The notes: generated by a model not told the origin, from the letters alone. A stretch of DNA of 64,000 bases from an uncultured Phycisphaerales bacterium (GCA_963755915.1 CAVWLP010000002.1:3840001-3904000); one strand, 5' to 3'; positions 1 through 11,929 are shown, counted from the first letter of the stretch. A program made the numbers and translations.

Positions 1-4
1 GATT

Positions 5-769
5 GTGATGGCGATCCTGATGCTTCTTCCGGCCGCCCTGGCGATTCTCGTTCGCGCAACCGCCCGCGACGCGCCCAGCACTGTCCTGGAATTCCTGTTT
101 GTCTTCATGTTCATCCCCCAGGCGCTCCTGCCCTTGGCGGCGCTCATTTATGCCTCGGGGATTATTCATGATGAGCTCGAAGAGCAGACTTTCACATATC
201 TGCTGATCCGCCCGATCCCCAAGTGGGCCATCTACCTCGTAAAACTCCTGGCGACCGCCACTGTCGCGGTAATTCTCACCGCCATTTTCACCGCGCTGGC
301 CTACGCGGCGATTTATCTCGGGGCCGATTCAAATGATCACAACATTCTCCTGCGTTGCGTGACCGCATGCTGCATTCACTCGCTGGCGGTCATCGCCTAT
401 TGCTGTCTTTTCGGCCTGATTAGCCTCTTTACGGCGCGCATCCTGATCGTCGGCATCATTTACATCGCGGTGGTCGAAGGGCTTTTCGCCAACCTGGATT
501 TCGGCATCCGGCTCCTGACCGTGATTTACTACACGCGCCTCATCGCCTATCACGCCATGCCGTTCCTCGTTCCGACCCCCTATGGCACGCAGGATTTCGC
601 CGCCGAAACCTGGCAACTCGACATCGCCAACGATCCGAAACTGCTTCTGCATCCCCAGGTCATCACCTGCCTGATCGTGCTCCTCGCGGGGAGCGCAATA
701 TGCGCGGCGATCGCCGCTTTCCTCTGCTCGCGACGCGAATTCCACATGAAAACGCCCGAGAAGACCTGA
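5..769 (+). CDS. ABC-2 type transporter permease (possibly 5'-truncated by window edge)
   Basis: Multi-TM protein with IHDELEEQTFTYLLIRPIPKWAIYLVK, the typical ABC-2 permease motif; ends RREF. Confidence 0.8.
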   Translation: MMAILMLLPAALAILVRATARDAPSTVLEFLFVFMFIPQALLPLAALIYASGIIHDELEEQTFTYLLIRPIPKWAIYLVKLLATATVAVILTAIFTALAYAAIYLGADSNDHNILLRCVTACCIHSLAVIAYCCLFGLISLFTARILIVGIIYIAVVEGLFANLDFGIRLLTVIYYTRLIAYHAMPFLVPTPYGTQDFAAETWQLDIANDPKLLLHPQVITCLIVLLAGSAICAAIAAFLCSRREFHMKTPEKT

Positions 770-883
770 GAGCGTCTGGCAAAATTGTTCGTGGCGTTCG
801 AGGTTTTCAGCATTGCTTAAATCATGGCTTTGCGCAGAATCTGAATTCAGATGATTAATAAACCCAAAGGGAGGCCTACTGGC

Positions 884-1654
884 ATGAGTGCGAGAACTTT
901 CTGCTGCGGCGTCCTGGCGCTGCTGATCGGAAGCGCCGCGGCGCTGGCCGATGCGCCCCCGGCGACTCAGCCTTCGATCGATCCGCTCGCGGATCAGATC
1001 CTTCATCAGTCGTGCGATTTCCTGGCGCAAACGCCCGCGTTTTCCGTCCACGCCGAGGTCTGGAAAGACATCGTGCTCCCCTCGGGGCACAAGATCCAGG
1101 TCACGCGGTCCATCGATCTCGACCTTCGCCGCCCCGACCGCCTTCACGTCGACGCCCGCGCCCACCGCAAGGGGCGCTCGATCTGGTATGACGGCAAAAC
1201 GCTCACCGTCCTGGATCGCGAGAAGAACCTTTATGGCACGGTCGATGCTCCTGCGACCATCGACGCCACGCTCGACTTTGCCGCGGAAAATTACGGCGTG
1301 ACCATCCCGCTCGAAGACCTGGCCGTTTCCGACCCCTATGGCAGCGCCATCAAGACCGTCACCGACGGCGGATATTTCGGCGATGAGATGGTGCTCGGCA
1401 CGCCCTGCCGCCATATCGGATTCTCCACCGACAAAATCGATTGGCAACTCTGGGTTGCCGATGGTCCCCAGCCCCTCCCGCAGAAACTGGTGATCAGTTA
1501 CAAAACCGAAGACCAGGATCCGCAGTACATCGCGATTTTTTCGAAATGGAATTTAACCGGCCGGGCTTCGGACCTGGCCTTTCAATTCATCCCGCCGCCG
1601 GGCAGCGCCTCCATTCCGCTGGCGCGGCAGGGGGAGGGAGCACAACAGCCATGA
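884..1654 (+). CDS. DUF2092 family periplasmic protein (LolA-like)
   Basis: Signal peptide; RRPDRL, WYDGKTLT, APATID and DWQLWV..GPQPLP.K motifs. Confidence 0.8.
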   Translation: MSARTFCCGVLALLIGSAAALADAPPATQPSIDPLADQILHQSCDFLAQTPAFSVHAEVWKDIVLPSGHKIQVTRSIDLDLRRPDRLHVDARAHRKGRSIWYDGKTLTVLDREKNLYGTVDAPATIDATLDFAAENYGVTIPLEDLAVSDPYGSAIKTVTDGGYFGDEMVLGTPCRHIGFSTDKIDWQLWVADGPQPLPQKLVISYKTEDQDPQYIAIFSKWNLTGRASDLAFQFIPPPGSASIPLARQGEGAQQP

Positions 1655-2360
1655 AATCAAAATTTGTTCACGGCCTGGCTTTTTGCGTCGCAATGAGTTT
1701 GTCATCGGTGGCGGTCAATGCAGACCGGGGCGGCGGGAGCATTCGCGCCGCCGCTCGTCCTGAGCCGCCGCCGCAGGCGCCGAAAGGCCGCCGGCGCGAG
1801 CCCCGGAACATGCTGAGGCGCCGCACCCAGCGCCGCCGGATTACCACGCCCCGCCCCCGCGTCCGGGCCCTGCGCCGCGGCCGGACTGGGACGATCGCGA
1901 TGATGACGGAGGTCACTTCGGTGGATACGGCCGCGGTGTGCCGGTCCACGTCTACCGCGGGCAGCGCTTTCCGGCGCTTCCGCCTGCCTACGTCTCCATC
2001 ACCTTCAACAGTCAGCCCTATTTTTATGGCGACGACGGCGCGTATTACCAGGCCCAGAGCGACGGACAATACCTGGTGGTTCAGCCGCCGGTAGGCGCGG
2101 TCGTTCCGTCGCAACCGCCGGGCGCGGTGGCGATCGCAGTCGGGCCGACAACTTACTATTACTTCGACGGCGTGTTTTACGTCGCGTCGGACAGTTCCTT
2201 TGCCGTGGTAAATCCACCGCCCGGAATCGTCGTTCCTGCGCTGCCGTCGGATGCGACCCAGGTGGTGATCAACGGATCGGTGGCGTTTCAGTTCAACGGC
2301 TTCAACTACACCCCGTCGATTCAGGATGGAGTGACCGTGTATACCGTGACGCCGATGTGA
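1651..2360 (+). CDS. DUF6515-like Pro/Tyr-rich secreted protein (frameshifted)
   Basis: ATG at 1651 overlaps the previous stop and encodes a signal peptide; the C-terminal frame (1938-2360) has YYYFDGVFY and VVxPPxG repeats; indel(s) lie between. Confidence 0.6.
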
Positions 2361-2398
2361 ATGGGGCGGAGCTGGACCGATAATATCAGGGCCGGGTC

Positions 2399-3313
2399 TT
2401 GCTAACCTTCGCGCAATCAGAACGCCCGCGGGTTCTGGTCGATAGCGACGGTGTGTCCGCCCTGGTGGTCATCATCGCGACATCCGGCCGACCTGATCTC
2501 CTGACGCGGACGCTCGAATCGCTGGGCAAATGCACTCTGCCGCCCGGCTTCGCCGAGACGATCGTCGTCGAAAATGGTCCGGCGTCGGGTGCGAAGCAGG
2601 TTGTGGAATCAGGCCCGCCGGTCCTTAATCTGCGCTATCTCTATTTAGCCCATGGCAACAAAAGCGCCGCCCTGAACGCGGCCTTGGAGACGCTTGGGGA
2701 TTGCCTGATTGTTTTTACCGATGACGACGTGCGGGTAAATGCCGCTGTGTTGACGGCCTATGCCGAGGCGGCGGACGTGCGCGGTCCGGGACATTTTTTC
2801 GGCGGGCCCGTCGGGGCGGATTACGATCTTCCCCCGCCGTCGTGGCTTCTAAATTATTTGCCCAAATCGGCCACGGGGTGGGAGGCCTCCCCGGAGAATT
2901 TCTCCGAAGCATCCCACGAATTTCTCGGCTTCAACTGGGCGGCGTTTTCGTGCGATGTGCGCGAGGCCGGTGGATTCAATCCCAGTCGCGGTCCGGGCGC
3001 CCCGTCGGGAAGCACCGGGCAGGAGAGCGATATGCAGCGGCGTCTCGTCAGCCGGGGCATTCGCAGCGTCTATGTGCCGGCGGCGCGCGTCTGGCATTAT
3101 GTGCCGCCTGATCGTTGCTCGCCGCAGTGGGCGATTGAGCGCGCGTATCGACATGGCGTGGAAGAAGGAACGAAGTCGGCGCATTTGAAATCGCGTTTTC
3201 CGGGGCTTTTGCCGCGGCGCGTGGTGCGGCGAAGGCTGGTGGGCGTGGCGAAATCGATTCTGTGGCTTATGTGTCCGCACGCGACGGTGAGGTTCCGGCG
3301 CGCTACCGGTTGA
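2399..3313 (+). CDS. Glycosyltransferase family 2
   Basis: VIIAT..R, IVVENG, KSAALN, FTDDD (DxD) and GGFNP motifs. Confidence 0.85.
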   Translation: MLTFAQSERPRVLVDSDGVSALVVIIATSGRPDLLTRTLESLGKCTLPPGFAETIVVENGPASGAKQVVESGPPVLNLRYLYLAHGNKSAALNAALETLGDCLIVFTDDDVRVNAAVLTAYAEAADVRGPGHFFGGPVGADYDLPPPSWLLNYLPKSATGWEASPENFSEASHEFLGFNWAAFSCDVREAGGFNPSRGPGAPSGSTGQESDMQRRLVSRGIRSVYVPAARVWHYVPPDRCSPQWAIERAYRHGVEEGTKSAHLKSRFPGLLPRRVVRRRLVGVAKSILWLMCPHATVRFRRATG

Positions 3314-3391
3314 GTTTTGATCGCGGACTCGTGCAAGGCTGGCGGCATCAGACCGGGGCGAAACAGGCACGACCGCTGTAAAATCAATTCG

Positions 3392-4635
3392 ATGAGCACA
3401 GATCGCCGCAATTGGGCGGGAAACTATAGTTACGGCGCCGCGTCGTTTGCCATTCCCGAAAATGTGAGGCAAGTGCGCGAGGCGGTTGGCAGTGCCACCA
3501 AGGCGCGGGCGCTGGGGACGCGGCATAGCTTCAATTCGATTGCCGACACAACCGGCGTACAAATCTCGCTGGAAAAGCTCGACAGAATCATCGGCATCGA
3601 TTCGCGCGATGACGGTGACCGCGGAGGCGGGCGCGGTATGGCCGGCTGGGGCAGTTCCTGCACGAGCGCGGGTATGCGCTGCAGAATCTCGCCTCGCTGC
3701 CGCATATTTCCATCGCCGGGGCCTGCGCGACGGGGACGCATGGGTCGGGGGATGGGAATGGAAATCTCGCGACGGCCGTCGTGGGGATGGAGATCGTAAC
3801 CGCGGACGGTAGGATCGTTTCTGTTTCGCGCCAAGATCCAGAGTTCAGCGGAATGGTTGTCCATCTCGGGGCATTGGGGATCGTCACCAAATTGACGCTG
3901 AAGATTGTGCCGACGTTTGAGATTCGGCAGATCGTTTATGAAAACCTTCCGGTGGCTGATCTGGAACGGCATTTTGAAGAGATCTTTTCCAGCGGGCACA
4001 GCGTCAGCCTCTTCACCAACTGGCAGGGGGGCGTGGTCCGGCAGGTGTGGCGGAAATGTCTTTTGGGCGGGGAGATGCCGGAGAAATTCTTTGGGGCAAT
4101 GCTGGTGCCGGTCGATCGCCATCCGATCGCCGGGTTGTCCGCGGAGAATTGCACGGTGCAGGGCGGCGCACCGGGTCCGTGGCACGAGCGGCTGCCGCAT
4201 TTTCGGATGGATTTCACGCCCAGCAGCGGGGAGGAATTGCAGAGCGAATATTTTGTGCCGCGCGAGCGGGGGGTCGAGGCGATTCGCGCCGTGGGGGAGC
4301 TGCGCGATCAGATTACGCCGCACCTGCTAGTTTCGGAGCTGCGGACGATCGCCGCCGACGAGCTTTGGATGAGCCCGTGCTTTGGGCGGGCGAGCCTGGG
4401 GATTCATTTCACCTGGAAACAGGATTGGCCGGCAGTGCGGAAGGTTTTGGCTTTGATCGAGCGGAAGCTCGAGCCGTTTGAGGCGCGGCCGCATTGGGGG
4501 AAATTATTTTTGATGGAGCGGGAGCGGATTGAAAAGCTTTATCCGAAATTCGGGGAGTTTCGGAAGCTGGTGAACAAATTTGATCGGGCGGGGAAATTCA
4601 GGAACGAGTTTTTGGATCAATTTCTGCTGGCGTGA
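3392..4635 (+). CDS. FAD-linked alditol/xylitol oxidase (ALO family), frameshifted near 3600-3640
   Basis: NWAGNY, GTRHSFN, LASLPHISIAGACATGTHGSG (shifted frame), ELQSEYFV and RPHWGK motifs. Confidence 0.85.
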
Positions 4636-4775
4636 AATGATTTTTGGTTTCTTGCCCCTTCAATACAAAATTGGACAGTCCGCAACAAAATGGGGGGAAT
4701 GGGTAATATGGGAAAGGCCAAAAGGGGGCTTTGGTCGTTTTGTGGGCACGTTCGAAGATTAATATCGTCGCGGTT

Positions 4776-7700
4776 TCACTTCGCCCGCTTTCGGTTCATG
4801 CGCAGCAGGTTGGCCAGGACCAGCCCGTCAACCCGCGCCCGCTCGCCGGCGAGAGGATGATTGTCGGCCAGTTTTTGTCCTGCCCCGGTGTCGATCCAGA
4901 CACCGGCCCAGTCCTCATTCCATTTCCCCTCGGGGTCGACGGCCGCATAGGCGGCCAGCACCGAGCGGTCGAGCGTCTCGTGGGCGAGCTTCAGCCAGGT
5001 CGGCCGCTCATTGTAGAGGTTCGTCAGCGTGCGCTTTTTCAGCCGCTCGTCTTTCGCCGCCGCGGCCATGATCGCCGATTGACGGATTAGCGGGCGGGCC
5101 TCGGATGGGACGTCGAGGAAGTTGTCGGCTTCGTCGATTCTCGCGGCAATCGGATCGATCCACTCCGGTGGATTCAGTCACCGCTCCCGCCGCTCGTTCA
5201 ATTCTTTTGCCGCTGCCGCAATACGTTTGTATGCGGGGTGCTTCACGTCTTCCTTGCCGGGGGGCCAGGGGAGGGGGAAGGTTTCAAAGCAGGTTGTGGG
5301 GGTGTAGCGGAATCCCGATTCGGCTTCGCGGAGCTGGGTTCCCGTGCGACGGGCCCACAACTCGTGAATGGATCCATCCAGCGCACCAAAAAAGTAATCA
5401 TCTTGTCGTGCGAATACGACCAATTGGTGGTCGGGCAGAACGTCGTGTTTTAGCCATACGAATAGTCGGTATTTCGTGAGAATCGGGGTTGCAAGATACC
5501 GACTTAGGGGACTCAGCGCCGAACGCATCGCCGGGCGAGGCCTCTCGTGGATCCACCATGCTTTTCTTTTATGGGCATACTGCGGTGCAATTTCCTTTTG
5601 GACGTAGGCAAAGGCGGCATCATAAGAGGCGGCCATTTCAAGATTGGTGTTAGGCGGGAAATCTATGATCCAGTTTAATTTTGACCGCTGGGTGACGTCC
5701 TGACCGTTGGCCCACGGCCTGCACACGTCACTCGTGCAGCGTCCGGAGGAGTTTGGTATTGAAAGAATATTGCGCGCCGTTTGCCAGGTGATCTCGAACG
5801 CCGCGCCTTTTTTGTCGGCCTCATGTTGGATGTCCTCCATCTCGTGAAGCTTGATCGCTTCTCCAATCGCAACTCCAGAACTAAGGTTTGCGTGTATTGT
5901 GGGGACGGATCTGCCATCCAAGACTTTGTCGGTTTGCACGCCTGAATCGAAACCCACGATCGAAACGTGTACTGCTGCACCTTCAAGGGTCCAATCATGA
6001 TCAGACCAAGCCAAAAAGATGTCGCCGATTTCTTTTATCCGTTTTAGCACTTCGCGATTCGCGCCTCCGCGAATGCCCTGAGTTGCGAGCAAGCCGACCC
6101 GAAGCGCTGGTGCGTCGGCCAATTTTCGCCGCGCAATCTCAAACCAGTAGCAGCAAAGATCGCTGAAGCGCGGTAGGTCGTGGGCGGTAAACAATGACGC
6201 CAGGTATGCGTCACCCAATTCGCGCCGGATGAAATTGCCCCCAAGAAACGGTGGATTGCCCACGATGAAATCAGCTTCGGGCCATGAGGCGGCCACGGGA
6301 AGCTTTGTTGGTGCGAGTTCTTTGATGGGCTTTTTGGGCTTCTTCGGCGTTCTCCCCCCACTCTTGCCCTCCCCCGGAGTACCAGGGGAGGGGGCGAAAT
6401 CGAGGATGGCGTCGCGGTTTTCGATGCATTGGAGTGTGTCGAGGATAGGGCGGCGGCGATCGTCGATGTTGTGCTCGTGCAGCCATTGGAGGTAGCCGAT
6501 CCAGATGACGACCTGTGCAAGTTCGGCGGCGTACGGATTGATCTCGATGCCGTGCATCTGTGTAGGGCGCACCTTCGGCACGGAGTCGATGTGGATGTCG
6601 TGGGTCGCGCAAAACCGGACGACTTCGTCTTCCAGGTCGAGAAGCCGCTGGAGTGTCACGTACAGGAAATTGCCTGAGCCGCAGGCGGGATCGAGCACGC
6701 GGATTTTGGCCAGCCGGCGGCGGAATTCCTCGATGGCGAGGATAATTGGGGCGGCCAGAATTCCGCGCTCTTTTCGTTCCGGCTCGGCATCGTGTTTCGC
6801 CAAGTCGGCGCCGATTTTCTTCTTGAGCGCGTCCCACTCGCGGAGCAGCGGCATCATGACAACGGGATCGACGACGAGCAGAATATCCTCTTTTCTGGTG
6901 TAGTGAGCGCCGATCTGGGCGCGCTTCTTGGGGTCGAGAATTCGCTCAAACAAGGTGCCGAAGATGGTGGGCTCTACACCCGCCCACGGCTTTTCGGCCA
7001 CGCGGCGCAGCGTGCGAAGTTCGGCATCGGTCAAAGCCAGTGGCGGCTTTTCATCAAAGAGACCGCCGTTGAACGCGTCGATTTTGTCGCTTCCATACCT
7101 TCCGCCCGCTTTCATCTGCTCGAAAAGCTGTGCCAGCGACGGCTGGAAGTTTTCAGGCTCAAAGAGGCAACTGTCGATCAGCTTCGTGAAGAGCTTGGGC
7201 GGAAGCAGCCCCACGTCTTCCGCAAAGAGACAAAACATGACCTTCATCAGGAAGTGCGCGACGGGATCGCCCGGCGCGGTCCAGAGCGACATGTCATCGT
7301 CGATGTGCCGCTGGATCAGCGCGTTCGCCACATCGGCAAAGACGTTGGCTATTTCCTTGGTGAGCTGCTCCCGGTTGCTCAGTGGGCGAAGGGATTCGGG
7401 ATTGCGGAATATCTGCTGAAAGAATTTGATCTTACCGGGAAACTCCTCGAGGAAGATTTCCCAAACCTGCGTCGGATACCCCGGAAAATGGGATCGGATG
7501 ACGAACTTCTCGATGTCACAGACGATCGACAGCGGCGGATTATCCAGCGCGTCGCGATATTGATAGACCTGCCGGTAGGCTTCCTCCAGATTCTGGCCCC
7601 TGCGTTTATACTCCCAGGCAAAGCACCCACGCTTCCACACATCCACATAACCACGCTCGCCCTTGGAGCCCTTGGAAGCGGGGGCGACTACTTTGACATT

Positions 7701-7853
7701 TTTCTCGTAGCAGTAGTTTTCGCCGGTAGGATCGGCGTCCGTGGGTGTCGGCTCGCCGATAACCGCACAGAGATCGTTAAAGTGATCGTGCGAGAAAGCG
7801 CGCTCGGAAAGTTCAACGCCGGACCATTTGCTTACGAATTGTTCGGCGGTCAT
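4776..7853 (-). CDS. MmeI-like type IIG/IIL restriction-modification enzyme (PD-ExK nuclease + m6A MTase + TRD), interrupted by an in-frame TGA at 5178-5180
   Basis: YEK..VDVWKRGCFAWEYK nuclease motif; FNGGLF, GAHYT, DPACGSGNF and GNPPF motifs; the same frame continues past the TGA as LNPPEW...KKRTLTNLYNERPTWL to 4776. Confidence 0.85.
6364..6398. repeat. Short palindromic REP-like element inside the RM gene (encodes PSPGTPGEG)
   Basis: CCCTCCCCCGGAGTACCAGGGGAGGGG; near-identical intergenic copies at ~43047-43086 and ~61608-61650. Confidence 0.75.
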
Positions 7854-7990
7854 CGGCGCCCGGTCTCCGCGAGGTGCATGGGCAGGAATGTTACCAACCT
7901 GAATTCAATACCGAAAATGCGTTGACGGCTTGGATCATTTATGGGAACCGGAAGAATTGGTACGATTGCCCTGCTAGCTCCATCAATGAA

Positions 7991-8380
7991 ATGAAGCACG
8001 ACGATCAAACCGAAGAGAATTTTGAGCGTCGAATGACGGAAGCGTTGGTTGCAGCCGACGTAGCCTGTGTGTTGACGTTCGCGTTCATGGACAGATTGAG
8101 CGGCCCTGGGAAAACATCGCTTTGTCTATTTTCAATTGCGATACCGATCCTGGTTTGTGCACGACTCGACAGGGCGCGGCTTATTCCCGGAGAACCATAT
8201 CTCGGGAAGGCTCGAACCGTATTGGAGCCCATTGCGTGGGGGCTATCAGGAATCGCTTTCGGCGCGTTAATTACCGGCATCCTTCTTCCAGCAGGCGCAT
8301 GCTTCGCGATCACGTTAATCGCCATAATTTGCAGCCGGTACAAATATTTCCGTATCAAGAAAAAGAAAAAGTCACACTAA
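7991..8380 (+). CDS. Hypothetical membrane protein (about 4 TM, Lys-rich tail)
   Basis: Hydrophobic segments; lower GC than the flanks. Confidence 0.55.
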   Translation: MKHDDQTEENFERRMTEALVAADVACVLTFAFMDRLSGPGKTSLCLFSIAIPILVCARLDRARLIPGEPYLGKARTVLEPIAWGLSGIAFGALITGILLPAGACFAITLIAIICSRYKYFRIKKKKKSH

Positions 8381-8440
8381 CGCACTACCCGCACAGGGTG
8401 AGAATCGCTGGTATGCCAGGACCTCGGTACAATCTGATTC

Positions 8441-9126
8441 ATGCGGCGTCGCGCCCAGCTTGTGAGTCAGATGCTCGAAAACATCGACCGCAAGGCTTTA
8501 GAGGAATACCAACACCTGATTAAGCGCTACGTACAGCACCGTGACGGCGTCTATGCCCTTTACCGGGGCGATAAGCTTTATTATGTCGGGCTTGCGAAAA
8601 ACCTCCGAAATCGGCTTAAAGCGCACCTGAAAAATCACCACCGGGATTCGTGGGACCGATTTTCCGTCTATTTGACGATCGGCTCCAGCTTTGTGAAGGA
8701 GATGGAGTCGCTTCTCATGCGAATCCTTCAGCCGCCGGGCAACAAGCAAAGCGGCAAATTCTCGAATTGCCAGAATCTTGAGCGCACTTTCCGACGGGAC
8801 ATAAGGACGGAACAGCGCGAAACGCTTGACGAAATCTTTGGCCGCATACGCGCAAACGGACAGCTTGAGGAAGGCGCGGGCAAACGGGGGCCGGTATTGG
8901 CTAACTTTATCGATCGAGCGCTTGTATTGGCGCCACCCATAAGGGAAAGAAGCTACAGGCGCGGGTTCGGCGAAACGGCACGATTCGCTTTAAGAAACGG
9001 GTCTTTAACTCGCCATCGCTCGCCGCGAGCACAGCCGTCGGGCATCCGATCAACGGATGGTGGTTTTGGAAATATGAGCGAGCACCAAGAGATTGGGTTC
9101 GGTTGCGTGAACTGCGGAAAAAGTAA
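8441..9126 (+). CDS. GIY-YIG nuclease fused to a RAMA/DUF4357-like domain (frameshift ~8930)
   Basis: GVYALY..LYYVGLAKNLRNRL; the alternate frame gives ATHKGKKLQARVRRNGTIRFKKRVFNSPSLAASTAVGHPINGWWFWKYE...LRELRKK*. Confidence 0.75.
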
Positions 9127-9579
9127 TCGAGGCCCGGGCTAACGGGTCATAAAGGGTCGCCTCCCGAACTGGCCACTTCCATCGCCGCTCATGGAACATG
9201 CTCTGCCGCCAGGCGCTGCGACACGGACCGGGCTTCCCTCCTCGAGCCTGACCGTCAGCGTCCCGGCGCCTCAGCGCGAAACCTCTGGTCTTCATAATTA
9301 TTCAGTTGCAGTCAATTAGGGTACAAAATCGGCAGATGCCGTACCCCAGGTTACCCATCTTACCCAGCTTGTTGCGGACTGTTACCTTTTGTACCCGATG
9401 CCCGGCGACTGCGCGAGAAAGTGGAGCAGTAGAAAGTAGAGCAGTAGACCGGAAAGAAGCGCGCGGCACCGGCGGAGCGCGCGAGCTGCACGCCTCTATC
9501 GCTCGGAACAATCTCACTGCTGCGGCGCCGTCGCCGACCTGGTGTCGCCGCAGACCCTGACGAGTTATGATTCCGCCCG

Positions 9580-11024
9580 ATGCGCCCTGCGGTATCGGCT
9601 TTCGCCTGCGTTATGGCTCTCTTGCTAAGCGCTGCGCGGTGGGCCCGAATTACCAGAAGCCGAACATTGCGGTTCAGGAGGGATGGCAGGCCGCTCCGGC
9701 CAGCCAGCCGAGCGTCATAATGAACGACCCACCGCCGCTGGCGTGGTGGAGCACGATGAAGGATCCGACGCTGGATTGGCTCGTGCACGAAGCGTGGCGC
9801 GGAAACCTCGATGTGCGAATAGCCAAATCGCGGATTCGCCAGGCGCGGGCGCTGCGCTCGGTCGCGGCTTCCTCGCTGTTTCCGGATGCGAATGTGGGTT
9901 CTGCCTATGGGTTCTACCGCAGCGAAGGGCCGCTCTTTCCGCTGGAGACGGGGGACTATACATTTGAATCGGCCGGGTTTGACGCGGCTTGGGAGCTGGA
10001 TGCATTCGGCGGAATTCGCCGCGGCATCGAGGCCGCCCAGGCCGATCTCGAGGCCCAGGTCGAGGCGGCGTGCGGCGTGCTCATGACGACCGTTTCCGAG
10101 GTTGCCCGAAATTACATCGAGCTTCGAACCGCCCAGGAGCGCACGGTCATTGCGCTGCAGAACGTGCAGACGGAAAAACAGACGCTTGCACTTGCCCAGC
10201 GGCTCTACGGCGCCGGGCTGGTTTCGCAGCTCGATGTGATGCAGGCGATGGCGCAGTTGACCACCACCGAGGCGGAGTTGCCGGTGCTGAAGATCCAGGA
10301 GCAGTCCGCGATTCATCAGCTTGGGATTCTGCTGGGCGAATCGCCGACGGATTTGCTGGGAGAACTCTCGCATATGGGCCCGGTTCCTCCGCCGCCCATG
10401 CGCGTGCCGATCGGGCTTCCTTCCGACATTCTTCGCCGCCGGCCGGATGTGGTCCAGGTCGAGAGGCAGCTTGCGTCGGCGACGGCGCAGATCGGCGTCG
10501 CCGAGGCCGAACTCTTTCCGCAGTTCACGCTCACCGGCGATTTTGGCCTCGGCGTGGTTCCGCCGGGCGATTTCTTTAACTGGTCGAATCGTTATATCGG
10601 TGTTGGACCCGCGGTGCGCTGGGAAATATTTGATGGCGGGCGGATTCTGGCAAACGTGGATGCTCACAAAGCCATCCGTCAGGAATTGCTGGATCAATAT
10701 AAGCTGACGATTCTGACCGCCATCGGGGAAGTTGAGGATGCCCTTGTCGCCTTCCAGCGGCAGCAGGATCAGTACGATTTCCTGCGGCAATCAGTCGATT
10801 CAGACCAGGCCTCGCTGAGAATTTCAACGGAGCAGTATTCCGAGGGAACCGTCGGCTTTCTTTCGGTTCTGGATTCGCAGCGATCGCTGCTGGTGTCTCA
10901 GGATGCTCTGGCAGTTACGAAGGGGAATATCGACCTGAGCATGATCGCCCTCTACAAGGCCGTCGGCGGCGGGTGGGAGTCGTTCGATCAAGCCGCCAAA
11001 TCGAACGTCGTCGCGAGAAAATGA
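9580..11024 (+). CDS. Efflux outer membrane factor lipoprotein (NodT/OprM/TolC family)
   Basis: CAVGPNY..P, WELDAFG, GLPSDILRRRPDV and LYKAVGGGW motifs; signal peptide MRPAVSAFACVMALLLS(G)C is offset by a 1-nt deletion near 9630. Confidence 0.9.
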
Positions 11025-11032
11025 ATCGTCTT

Positions 11033-11929
11033 CTATCGGGAGTCCGACGTATCCACGTAGATCGTGCAGGTCTCGCCGGCGGCCAGATGAATCTCGTCCG
11101 GCACCGTGTCGATGTGAATCCGCACCGGGATTCGCTGGGCCAGTCTCACCCACGTGAAAATCGGGCTGACCTGGGGTAGGCCCTGGTAATTGGGCGTGGC
11201 ATCGGTGTCGTTAATGCCTCGGTTCAGGCTCTCGACGTGGCCGACGACATCCGTATCGGGGTATCCCATCATCACCGCGCGTGCCTTGGCGCCGACGCGG
11301 ATGTTGCGAAGCTGGGTCTCCTCGAAATAGCCGGTGATCCAGAACGAATCGGCGTCGATGACGCTCATCTGGCGCTGTCCGGTGAGGGCGTAGTTTCCCA
11401 CCCGCACCGTCAGGTTGGTCACCCACCCATTCACGGGCGATCGCACTTCGCAACGATCCAGATCAACCTGCGCCTTGTAAAGCGCCGCGGCGGCCGACTC
11501 GACATCGGCCTGGCTCACGTTCGCATTGGTGACGTAAAGCTGTTTCTCTTCAGCCGACACATCGCCAAGCGGCAATTTCTGTCGGCGAAGGGAATTTTCC
11601 TGCTGGAGCTCAAGTTGGGCCTTTGCGCCGTCGAGCGCAGCCTGGGCGCGCTTGAGCGCGGCGACGTAATCGCGCGGGTCGATGGTGTAAAGCAGATCGC
11701 CCTTGTGGACGAACTGGTTGTCGATGACCGGCACGCTCATCACCTGCCCGCTGACCTCCGGCGCCGTATCGACAACGTAGACGCTCACGCGCCCATCCCG
11801 CGTCCAGGGAGTGTATTCATAAAACCGGTAAGCCCAGATGCCCGCCGCGACGGCCGCGATGACCACAAGCACGGTAATGAACACGCGAAATCCAGCCGCG
11901 ATTTTTTTCGTTCGAACCGGCTCGGCCAT
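11033..11929 (-). CDS. AaeA/HlyD family membrane fusion protein
   Basis: PWTRDGRV, DNQFVHKGDLL, GYFEETQL and WVRLAQRIPVRI motifs. Confidence 0.9.
   Translation of the reverse strand: MAEPVRTKKIAAGFRVFITVLVVIAAVAAGIWAYRFYEYTPWTRDGRVSVYVVDTAPEVSGQVMSVPVIDNQFVHKGDLLYTIDPRDYVAALKRAQAALDGAKAQLELQQENSLRRQKLPLGDVSAEEKQLYVTNANVSQADVESAAAALYKAQVDLDRCEVRSPVNGWVTNLTVRVGNYALTGQRQMSVIDADSFWITGYFEETQLRNIRVGAKARAVMMGYPDTDVVGHVESLNRGINDTDATPNYQGLPQVSPIFTWVRLAQRIPVRIHIDTVPDEIHLAAGETCTIYVDTSDSR

Noticed and set aside
5178-5180. Selenocysteine or genetic code 4 readthrough
   Set aside because: The position corresponds to Trp rather than Cys, and many genes in the window end in TGA
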